Virus record (IMG/VR): IMGVR_UViG_3300048793_000046
Reading direction: 5' to 3' (one strand)
Source: a virus
Lineage: Duplodnaviria; Heunggongvirae; Uroviricota; Caudoviricetes
DNA length: 64,000 nucleotides
Under the pieces are notes generated by a model. The model saw only the letters and a program-made list of their open reading frames with translations. It had not been told where the DNA came from and searched no databases. Position 1 is the stretch's first letter; every line of letters begins with the position of its first letter. The position numbers and the translations under genes were made by a program. Below are positions 56,480 to 64,000 of this stretch, one piece after another.

Positions 56480-57000
56480 CAAACCCTCAATTTCTCAGCC
56501 TTCTCAGGCAATGGTCGGATGCTGAGTAATGGATGTCCTTGATAACACATCATTTCTCGACCTTCTCAGACTTCTTACTACTCTACTCGTGCTAGTATGA
56601 ATTGTATAGTAGCGGTATAGAACAGCCGAGAAACCCGAGTAAGCTGAGAAATCACCGTCCATTTGTTGACTATGGCTGCGCTACCCAGTGACAGGCAGCA
56701 GGGCTAGATTGAGAGTTAAGGTAAATGCCACATCGTGGCCCGTTAACCTTAATTCTTAACCATCTTAGGCGCGGAGCCCCTATTTACCTTAATTCTTCAC
56801 CATCCCTAGCCTTGCAGATCATTGGTTTACCTTACTTATTCACCCTAATAGGGTGCCTGTGAGGTACTACGCTGCCTATTAGGCGCTGTCAACCATACTA
56901 TACTACCATATGCGATTAACCTAAACTATGTACGTTAACGCACGATGCACACATGCATGCGATGCTAGTCATTAACCTTAATTCTTAACTATGCTGCACG
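56480..57000. promoter_or_regulatory. AT-rich divergent control / putative origin region with iteron-like repeats
   Basis: three copies of ACCTTAATTCTT(A/C)AC(C/T)AT (56746, 56786, 56964) plus an inverted partial copy at 56713; two copies of ATTTCTC(A/G)(G/A)CCTTCTCAG (56490, 56550); GC content drops sharply; genes diverge on either side. Confidence 0.55.
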
Positions 57001-57231
57001 TATGCGCTTGACCCGTCAATCAGGTTGGTCTACCCTGCCGCCCGCGACTTACCGGGTAGGACCCGCAAAACGCATCGACGGCCAATGTGCAATGTGCCCC
57101 TGCTCGCACACACTTCATCGCTTTAGTTCTCAATTCCGGAAAAATAAAAATATGGAGTTAAGGAAAAATCCCCTTGACACCTAGATCGGTTTTCGAATAG
57201 GGAAGGCGAGCAACTTCACAAGGCCCCCGAC

Positions 57232-58095
57232 GTGCCCGACTTGATAGCGCGACAAGATGCCAGCGATCTCGGACTGACCCGGTTCTGCACTGGGCGGCCT
57301 TGCTCGCGTGGCCATATCGGGGATCGCCTGATCAGCAACGGCGGATGTATCGCATGCATGAGAGATGCCCACAACGTGCGACGCAAAACGCGAGCGTATA
57401 AGGATCACCTCAACACGCACCTATCAGCGAAGCGCGCAGCGGCGCGTGAGCTACGGACTTGCCTTGTCTGTCAAACGCCATTCGACATCATGCTGAACAA
57501 TCGGCTTTCCGCGAAAACCTGCTCACCAGAATGCTCCGGGATTTTGCAACAGCAACGGCAGGCGGACAAACTCAAGAAGCCGGACCGCGAGTGCGAGCAC
57601 TGCTTCGAGCTATTCGTGTCACGCAATTCGGGACACGTCACATGCTCGATTGAGTGTCGCGAAGCTATCGACGCCGGGCGGCGAGCGGCTCGCACCAAGA
57701 CATGCCTCCAGTGCAGCGAGGTTTACAATCTCTCCGCCGCCGAGCATGGATGCAATGGTTTTTGTTCTGACGAGTGTCACGCCAAGCAACAGGTGAAGAA
57801 CCGAGCGCGAGCACATCAGAGGCTTCGCCTTGATCATCCAGAGCAGTTGCGCGAACGCCGGGAGAACTATAAGATCGTGAATGCCGAAGCGCATCGCACC
57901 ACGACGCGCAACGTCAATGCAAGACGGATACAGCGCGAGATTGAAGCGATGGCCGTTTGTCAGACCTTGATCCCTGCCACGTTGGCGGGAATTAAGAATT
58001 ACCGCCGTAGGGTCAGAACTGCGGTTGAGTTTTTGAGTTCTATAGGCGTCAATCACCCCCCACAAATGGAGAAGAACAATGTCCCCCTTCGATAA
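57232..58095 (+). CDS. Cys-rich multi-zinc-ribbon protein (287 aa, at least 8 CxxC-type pairs)
   Basis: repeated C..C pairs (CIAC, CLVC, CSPEC, CEHC, CSIEC, CLQC, CNGFCSDEC). Confidence 0.45.
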   Translation: MPDLIARQDASDLGLTRFCTGRPCSRGHIGDRLISNGGCIACMRDAHNVRRKTRAYKDHLNTHLSAKRAAARELRTCLVCQTPFDIMLNNRLSAKTCSPECSGILQQQRQADKLKKPDRECEHCFELFVSRNSGHVTCSIECREAIDAGRRAARTKTCLQCSEVYNLSAAEHGCNGFCSDECHAKQQVKNRARAHQRLRLDHPEQLRERRENYKIVNAEAHRTTTRNVNARRIQREIEAMAVCQTLIPATLAGIKNYRRRVRTAVEFLSSIGVNHPPQMEKNNVPLR

Positions 58096-58870
58096 GATCA
58101 AAGCCGACTTGATCATTCCGCTGATCAAGAATAATTCGAGTGCGTCCGACAGCGAGATTTTCCGTCTCGCGGTCCGTCACTTCGAAGCGAACCGCTCATC
58201 GCGCGACTTGTGCTATGAGTACATCATCAAGAACATTCTCGCCTCGGTCGAGCGCGTGAAGCCGCAAGGTGAGAACTCAATCGCCGTACTGCCCCGGGAG
58301 CGCGTCACTGCTCCAGTCCCGGGTCCCGTTCGTGCTGATGTCGAGCATCGCGTTTCAGCGCTGACGACGCGACGGGATATTGTCGCTGAGGTGAGACGCG
58401 TTGCGCCAACGGCTCCGGCTACAATCCAGAAGAAAATTGTCGCCGAAGTCGAGAAGCAATTCGAACGCCCGCTCGTGCGAGCATCGATTGCTACCGAAGC
58501 TGTACAGCACATTCCGGCAGTGACGCGGGTCTTGCCTGCTCATCGCGAGCAGGCGGTTACTACCGCCGTCGCCAAGGCTGTCGCGGTTGAGGTGCCGAAA
58601 GCCATCGTGAAGATCGACCGCGTCGAGCAGATGAAGGTCGAAGCGATTGCTTGCGTACTACTCGACTATGTTCTGCCGGATGGCACGCCGGTCCGAGAGG
58701 CTACGTTTGGCGCTCTTGCCAAGCTTGGCGGATGGGCGACAGCCGTTTCGAAATTGGGACCGGCGAATGCCAAGGTCGGCGGCCTGCGCGGTGTCGATGA
58801 GCAGACGTTGCAGAACATCATGCTCCGCTTCACCGACGAGACGACTGCTCCCAAGGCGCGCGTCGCGTAA
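58079..58870 (+). CDS. hypothetical protein (263 aa)
   Basis: ORF only. Confidence 0.4.
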   Translation: MSPFDKIKADLIIPLIKNNSSASDSEIFRLAVRHFEANRSSRDLCYEYIIKNILASVERVKPQGENSIAVLPRERVTAPVPGPVRADVEHRVSALTTRRDIVAEVRRVAPTAPATIQKKIVAEVEKQFERPLVRASIATEAVQHIPAVTRVLPAHREQAVTTAVAKAVAVEVPKAIVKIDRVEQMKVEAIACVLLDYVLPDGTPVREATFGALAKLGGWATAVSKLGPANAKVGGLRGVDEQTLQNIMLRFTDETTAPKARVA

Positions 58871-58917
58871 CGGACGAAAACTTCCCGGGGCAATTCCGCC
58901 CCGGGCAACAGAGGCCA

Positions 58918-59142
58918 GTGATGGCGTCACACAACAACACCAGCACCAGTGCGGAGATGATCGCGATGCACGACCGGCTCGTGCGCGACGGCTTCCTCGC
59001 TGTCATCGAACTACCCGGCGGCGGATCGCAACTCAGTTTCCCGCAAGGCACTGAAAGCGAGCCCGTGCGTGAATACCTGCGCACGATCAAGCAACGCGGC
59101 ACGCAGCACTACTTTCTACGTCGCGCGCCAAGTATCTTTTAG
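58918..59142 (+). CDS. hypothetical protein (74 aa)
   Basis: ORF only. Confidence 0.3.
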   Translation: MMASHNNTSTSAEMIAMHDRLVRDGFLAVIELPGGGSQLSFPQGTESEPVREYLRTIKQRGTQHYFLRRAPSIF

Positions 59143-59151
59143 GGGTCCCCC

Positions 59152-59679
59152 ATGCCAGCATATCAAATCGAAATCGAACATCGCCGGACCGATCAGGTCT
59201 TCTCGTACTACCACGGTGAGCCCGGGTCCGCGAGCAGCCTCGGCATGCTGCACTTCAACGCGACGCTGCTCGCGCGCTTGCACAAGCAGATGCCGAAAGA
59301 GTTTCGCCGCATCACGATGGACATCGGTCAAGCCGAGTACGATCTCTGCATGAACAATCGCGGCATCGAAGAGCCCAAGGTCGAGCGGCTCCGCGCCAAG
59401 GATTTACGCGAGCCCGGCTACGGCGTCCTGTTCGATCCCGATCCCGCACGAGGGGAAGGACATGGCTTGTTCACGATTGTTGACGGCCACCATCGCGTCG
59501 TGCGACGCTATCGCGGCGGCGCTCGCACAATGGACTTCTGGATCACGCATCCGTCAGTCTGGAAAGAGTGCCTCATCGAGTACGATCCCGAAGTCGAAAA
59601 GAAACTCGCCGGGGCGATGCCGCCGAAGGTGGACAACCCGGAGATCACCAAGACGCATGCGAAGGTTCACGCGCCATGA
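59152..59679 (+). CDS. hypothetical protein (175 aa)
   Basis: ORF only. Confidence 0.4.
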   Translation: MPAYQIEIEHRRTDQVFSYYHGEPGSASSLGMLHFNATLLARLHKQMPKEFRRITMDIGQAEYDLCMNNRGIEEPKVERLRAKDLREPGYGVLFDPDPARGEGHGLFTIVDGHHRVVRRYRGGARTMDFWITHPSVWKECLIEYDPEVEKKLAGAMPPKVDNPEITKTHAKVHAP

Positions 59680-59900
59680 CATATGAGAATTTAGAGGCTG
59701 GATTACGGCTTGCAGTCAATATGCTTTCGCAGTATGAACCTGCCGACAGTCGCGCGGTCTCGTGCCGCCGAACCTCTACGCGGCAGCCTAAGCTTGGCGG
59801 GATGTCGCGCAAGCACGTCAGCGATAAATACTGCGGAGGCATCACGTGCCTGCCCGGTCTTGGCGGTGGATGCGTCGCGTGCAGCGAGGATGATGACTGA
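59676..59900 (+). CDS. small Cys-containing protein (74 aa)
   Basis: ATGA start/stop overlap with the upstream gene. Confidence 0.3.
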   Translation: MTYENLEAGLRLAVNMLSQYEPADSRAVSCRRTSTRQPKLGGMSRKHVSDKYCGGITCLPGLGGGCVACSEDDD

Positions 59901-60129
59901 TATGAAATACGTTTCGATCAATGGACAAACGATCCGGCACAACGCGATAACTGGCGAACGTAAAGCACCGATCAGGATTGCGCGTTCAAGGTCCGATGCT
60001 AAACCAAAATACGCACACGAGATCAGGATCGAAGGCCGCGCGAGGCTAGTCTATCAGCCGAGCAAGCCGATCATGCGCTGCGGCGCGAGGCTCGTCTTGA
60101 TCGCAGACGATGTAACGGTGATACGATGA
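59890..60129 (+). CDS. hypothetical protein (79 aa)
   Basis: ORF only. Confidence 0.3.
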   Translation: MMTDMKYVSINGQTIRHNAITGERKAPIRIARSRSDAKPKYAHEIRIEGRARLVYQPSKPIMRCGARLVLIADDVTVIR

Positions 60130-60458
60130 GTGGCAGACCAATCAACGAAGACCTTTCGCTGGCGCGCTTCCTTGGCGAGAAGACCTACATCGGCGCGACA
60201 CACGTGAGGTGCGGGACCGCCGTGCGGTACGTCTCCGGCGGCGGCTGCGTTCACTGCGCGCGGGTCATCGCGACCGAGCAGCGCGAGGCGTTGAAGTATC
60301 TCCAGCGCGCTAACGCCGTTAACGATGCATTCATCGACGCCACCGAAGAGAGCGACGCGGCAGAGATTGAGATTGACAATCGGGACGATGATGGTTTAGA
60401 CACGGATGACAATGTCGAAGCTCGAAGACGGTCGGGTATCGACGACGATCTTATGTGA
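60126..60458 (+). CDS. hypothetical protein with Cys pair and acidic tail (110 aa)
   Basis: ORF only. Confidence 0.35.
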   Translation: MSGRPINEDLSLARFLGEKTYIGATHVRCGTAVRYVSGGGCVHCARVIATEQREALKYLQRANAVNDAFIDATEESDAAEIEIDNRDDDGLDTDDNVEARRRSGIDDDLM

Positions 60459-61087
60459 CCATGGAGCAATCACAATGGCCGACTTCATCCCGCGAGACGC
60501 ACGTCACGAGGCAATTCACGGCGACAGTCAGCATCGCCGGTCGCCAAAATTTCCCACAGTCAATGAAGCGACGGAACGCCGTCAGCAACTTCGCGAGACC
60601 ATCGCGACCAGAACGTTGCTCGTGATGGCAGCGCTGTTCGGCGCGGCTACGCCGTTTGCTGGCCGTCCTTTCTTCGTAGGGCTCGCCTCTGGGGCGTGCC
60701 TCATCGGCTTTGTCATCATGTGCTTCGTTGCGGGTAACCGCTGGAAGCACGGAGGAAACGGCAATGGCCGCCGACCGTTCTGATCCCGGCACCGCGAAAC
60801 TCATTTGTGATTTCCTCGTCGGCTACGGCGTGGCGGTCTGCGTCATTGATCCTATCAGGGCAATTTTCCGGGGCCAAATCTGGGGCTCCGAAGTTTTCCT
60901 AGCCGGGGCCATCGTCGTTGCGGCTGCGGTGTTCGGTGAGCTATATTTCCGAGACCAAGACGATGCCGTATAATAAAACACACTTCGCTGCGGAGACCGA
61001 AGCGATCTATGCGAACAGACCATTCTCGCGCTTGCCGCGCGAGGCTCTGCATAACTGGATCACCAACCTGATAAGGCTGCTGTCACA

Positions 61088-61333
61088 ATGAGCCACGTCT
61101 ATGAAAGCGCCGTGATCCACATCATGGACTGGCTGCATCGCGCCGAGCGTGATCTCGTCGGCCATTCGATCAAGACGTTCACGGGCCGCATGGGCATCGT
61201 GCGCGAGGTGCGGCTTGACGAGCATCACGGTCTGTGCTTCACCATTGCCACAGAGCGCGAGCACGGGGAGCCAGAGCGGCGCTGGTACCCCGTCGCAACT
61301 ATCAAGGTTCACGGACCAAAGGAAAAAGCGTGA
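61088..61333 (+). CDS. hypothetical protein (81 aa)
   Basis: ORF only. Confidence 0.35.
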   Translation: MSHVYESAVIHIMDWLHRAERDLVGHSIKTFTGRMGIVREVRLDEHHGLCFTIATEREHGEPERRWYPVATIKVHGPKEKA

Positions 61334-61700
61334 GCAATACGATCAAGAACACTGACAATGTCGCGCTCAGCCCAGAACTCAGGGAAGCGATGATCCGGCG
61401 TCACCAGCCGCACTGCATCGGCTGGGTCCGTGCGAGCGCGTCACTCTGGGGCATGGCCGACGATCACGATCTCGACGAGCCGGTACGCTTGACTGAGGAA
61501 GCTCCCGTGCGTATGCGTTATCAAGCTCAGAATTTATCGACGCGGATCATCACCACTGATCGCGCACTCTCGCTGAAAACAATTCGCTGCGGCCATCACG
61601 TGGCGATGCGCCTCTACCTCAAGAACGGAAAATTTTTCGAAGTCGAACTCTCGGGCCTTTCACAGATCGGGCACGACGCCGAAGTCGTTGAGGTGAGCGC

Positions 61701-61973
61701 ATGTTGATTTCAGAGCCTCCGAAGTCTGGCATCTTCTTTGCTATCTGGCCGCGCCGCGTGCCCGAGGGCCTAGTGGCTTTCGAATGGTTGCACTGGGAAT
61801 GGGTTGAAGCGCCGTGGGATGCATCAAACTACGGTCACTTTCGATACGCGCGTTGGGTCCCGCCGGATCGATACGACGCGGGCGAGCGTCGCAACTTCAA
61901 TCCGCATCCGGGCGCACAGGCAGAGTTCTTCAAGACGCCCCCGTTCGAACCTTTCCATAGGCCGGGGCCATGA
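61701..61973 (+). CDS. hypothetical protein (90 aa)
   Basis: ORF only. Confidence 0.35.
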   Translation: MLISEPPKSGIFFAIWPRRVPEGLVAFEWLHWEWVEAPWDASNYGHFRYARWVPPDRYDAGERRNFNPHPGAQAEFFKTPPFEPFHRPGP

Positions 61974-62227
61974 CCGACACGCTCGCACTCGCCGCTCGCG
62001 CCGCCGAGAAACTCGAAGGTACGTGCGACAGCCTTGAAGACCTTGTCGAGCGCGACGCGGAGATCGCGGAAGTCGCAGACCTGAAAACTTTTCTGCAATA
62101 TCTCGATACCATGGTCTTCTGTTGCGTCTCGTGCAATTGGTGGTACCGTCAGCGTGAGAACGCGACGCCGGATGGCGCGGAGTGGGAATGTCACGCTTGC
62201 CACATAAACGGAGATGTCGATGAGTGA
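61970..62227 (+). CDS. hypothetical protein with C-terminal CxxC...CxxC (85 aa)
   Basis: ORF only. Confidence 0.35.
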   Translation: MTDTLALAARAAEKLEGTCDSLEDLVERDAEIAEVADLKTFLQYLDTMVFCCVSCNWWYRQRENATPDGAEWECHACHINGDVDE

Positions 62228-62404
62228 GCATCCCGGAGATCAGTGGATCGATATCAGTTGCGTTGGCGAGGACTGGGAAGTTCAGTTCAACACCGAAGCC
62301 CGTGACAGCGTCATCGCGACACGGACATGGCGCTATCGCTCTGCCAATATCGGTCGGTTTCGCACGGATTGGTCTTACGGTAAGCCGCCGACCGGAGCGC
62401 ACTC

Positions 62405-62749
62405 GTGAGCTACATCGTTCACAAAATCAGAACGCCGTTCAAGACGATCAAGGTCGGCAGTACAGATGTACGCACGCAATGCGGGCTCGTCGGCTACCCC
62501 GATAGTTTCGACGGCGTCTACGTGCTCGTTGCGGAGCGCGGCAATCTCTTCTACGGCTCGACGGCCAAAAGCGCAGTGACGTGTCAGAAGTGTATCAACC
62601 TCCTAACTGTAGGGACAATCCATGACAAACCGAGTGGGACCGCCAACTCCGAAGAGCAACGAGCCGTGGCGCATGCCAAGCGTCCCGCTGCCAGAGCAGC
62701 CCGGGCGGCTGGCCGTCCCCGCCGCGCCCGATGCAGTCAAACCTTCTGA
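62405..62749 (+). CDS. hypothetical protein (114 aa; C-terminal third may be frame read-through)
   Basis: ORF only. Confidence 0.3.
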   Translation: MSYIVHKIRTPFKTIKVGSTDVRTQCGLVGYPDSFDGVYVLVAERGNLFYGSTAKSAVTCQKCINLLTVGTIHDKPSGTANSEEQRAVAHAKRPAARAARAAGRPRRARCSQTF

Positions 62750-62960
62750 GCCGCCTCTCACGGGGCGCGACGCCTGCTTTCAGCAGTGGTTCGACAAAAA
62801 CTCTGTTCCGGGCGTGCACGAGGTAGTCTTGAAGAACGCATTCAGCGCGGGCTGGGAGGCGCGCAAGCGTGCCGAGTACGGCCAGAAGAAGCCGCTTGAC
62901 AATGCCCGGCTTCCCGTGGCAACTCTGTTCCCGACAGACGCGGAGCTTGATCCCAAATGA
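62622..62960 (+). CDS. hypothetical protein (112 aa)
   Basis: ORF only. Confidence 0.3.
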   Translation: MTNRVGPPTPKSNEPWRMPSVPLPEQPGRLAVPAAPDAVKPSEPPLTGRDACFQQWFDKNSVPGVHEVVLKNAFSAGWEARKRAEYGQKKPLDNARLPVATLFPTDAELDPK

Positions 62961-63233
62961 ACACCGTCGCATATCGCACCGAAGCTCTCTGGCGCTTTCG
63001 CGCGCTGACAGCTTTCGTCGTGCTCGACCTCATCGTCTGGAGCCTCGTGCGATGGATTTGAACAGCGCAATACATACGGCGGAATGCGGGGGCCACGTTC
63101 GCGACGACGCGACGATGCGTGCCGACTGGAGCATTCGTTATGTCAAGGAAGAGAAGTTGCTCTACTACTTCAACCCGCAGGGCGAGCGGGCGCACCGGGT
63201 CAAGTTCAGCGACGCGCAGCGCGCATCAACTCA

Positions 63234-63656
63234 ATGGAAGACAACGCCGTGAAGAGCAATAACCCCGAGAGCGTGATCTTCGATGCTGACCGCGAGCACT
63301 ACTCTGAATGTCGCAATCGCGGACAGGCTACGCCGCAGTTCATCAGAGACACTCGCGGATGGATTTTGTTCGGGCCGCAAGATGTTCGGAGCAGTGCGCG
63401 GAGCTTTACGTTCTGTCTCCAGAAGCTTCCCGGCCAAAAACTTCCTCGCGTGCGCGCGGGCTGCCGCTACTACACCCTGCCGAAGGCGTGGCATCACTGG
63501 AGCCGCAAAATCAGGACAGGGTACACAATCGACAAGAACGAAGGCCGACAGGCGCTCGCACTCTTGCTTCTACAGGCGCAGGCATACGGCCTGATCTCGA
63601 TCTACGCCTCGCCGATAAAATTCGACAGCACCATTCTCAAACCGAAGAGGAAATAA
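63234..63656 (+). CDS. hypothetical protein (about 140 aa)
   Basis: start trimmed to MEDNAVKSNN within the longer ORF. Confidence 0.35.
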   Translation: MEDNAVKSNNPESVIFDADREHYSECRNRGQATPQFIRDTRGWILFGPQDVRSSARSFTFCLQKLPGQKLPRVRAGCRYYTLPKAWHHWSRKIRTGYTIDKNEGRQALALLLLQAQAYGLISIYASPIKFDSTILKPKRK

Positions 63657-63660
63657 AGCG

Positions 63661-63978
63661 ATGTCTCCCTATGGTGTCCTTGGATTGCTATTGTTGGTCG
63701 TGGTGTTGGTCGTGATCTTCCGTCTTCTGTTCGGCAAGCGCGCGGACCTTTTGTCCGGGAAAACATTCGACGGTCCCGCCTATCGCGAGGGCGGTACGGT
63801 CGGCTTTACCGGGCCGGTAGACGAGGGCGATGATCGCGGGCGCTACGGCCTGCAACCGCGCAAGTCTGATATCCCGTATGAGGGCTTGGACCCGGACCCC
63901 TACGCCACCATCGCAACTGCGGCTGCCGCGAGAAAGAGCGCTAGCTCGTCGCCATCGAGCAGCGGCGACGGCTCGTGA
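63661..63978 (+). CDS. small membrane protein (105 aa; N-terminal transmembrane segment LLLLVVVLVVIF)
   Basis: hydrophobic N-terminus. Confidence 0.35.
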   Translation: MSPYGVLGLLLLVVVLVVIFRLLFGKRADLLSGKTFDGPAYREGGTVGFTGPVDEGDDRGRYGLQPRKSDIPYEGLDPDPYATIATAAAARKSASSSPSSSGDGS

Positions 63979-64000
63979 AAGTCCTTGACGAGCAGGAGAC

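Noticed and set aside
63084-63656. 190-aa ORF beginning at 63084
   Set aside because: The N-terminal 50 codons are Arg/Ala-rich and overlap the 63052-63252 ORF; a shorter gene starting at 63234 is more plausible.
1-64000. Anti-phage defence island interpretation (restriction, toxin-antitoxin and similar)
   Set aside because: Gene content (structural, lysis, PolA, SSB, primase, tRNA array) is overwhelmingly phage-like; I recognised no defence-system signature domains.

Overview
64 kb, high-GC window that reads as a virus-derived region: a large tailed-phage genome segment or prophage in an alphaproteobacterial-type host. The host call rests on a tRNA-His lacking G-1 with A73 and G1:U72; the phage call rests on structural, lysis, replication and tRNA modules. 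Layout, left to right: (1) a plus-strand late arm (206-18264) with large structural and tail-fiber-like proteins (parallel beta-helix tailspike, internally repetitive fibre proteins), a sugar-nucleotide and glycosyltransferase cassette embedded in it (GT9-like transferase, GDP-mannose 4,6-dehydratase, GDP-L-fucose synthase, several unknown enzymes), and a lysis cassette (GH108 endolysin plus several transmembrane proteins). (2) A minus-strand block (18349-24003) with GNAT, nucleoside 2-deoxyribosyltransferase, metallophosphoesterase, VRR-NUC-like nuclease and a dNTP-pyrophosphohydrolase-like gene. (3) A very dense minus-strand tRNA array in two blocks (24275-26070 and 26562-27852), about 36 tRNA-like genes whose anticodons nominally cover all 20 amino acids; several have non-canonical loops. 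(4) A minus-strand replication/early arm (28746-56244) with DUF932-like protein, SNF2-like helicase, HD-domain protein, family-A DNA polymerase with 3'-5' exonuclease, gp2.5-like SSB, PAP2 membrane phosphatase, Cas4/RecB-like nuclease, DnaQ-like exonuclease and a plus-strand primase-helicase (47648-49978). This arm is interrupted by an IS1595-family insertion sequence (about 31376-33040). (5) An AT-rich divergent control/origin-like region (about 56300-57230) with iteron-like repeats, followed by plus-strand small early genes (57232-63978). A recurrent TGGTTAATG motif sits upstream of several operon-leading genes on both strands. All calls are from manual reading of the sequence and ORF translations; no searches were run.
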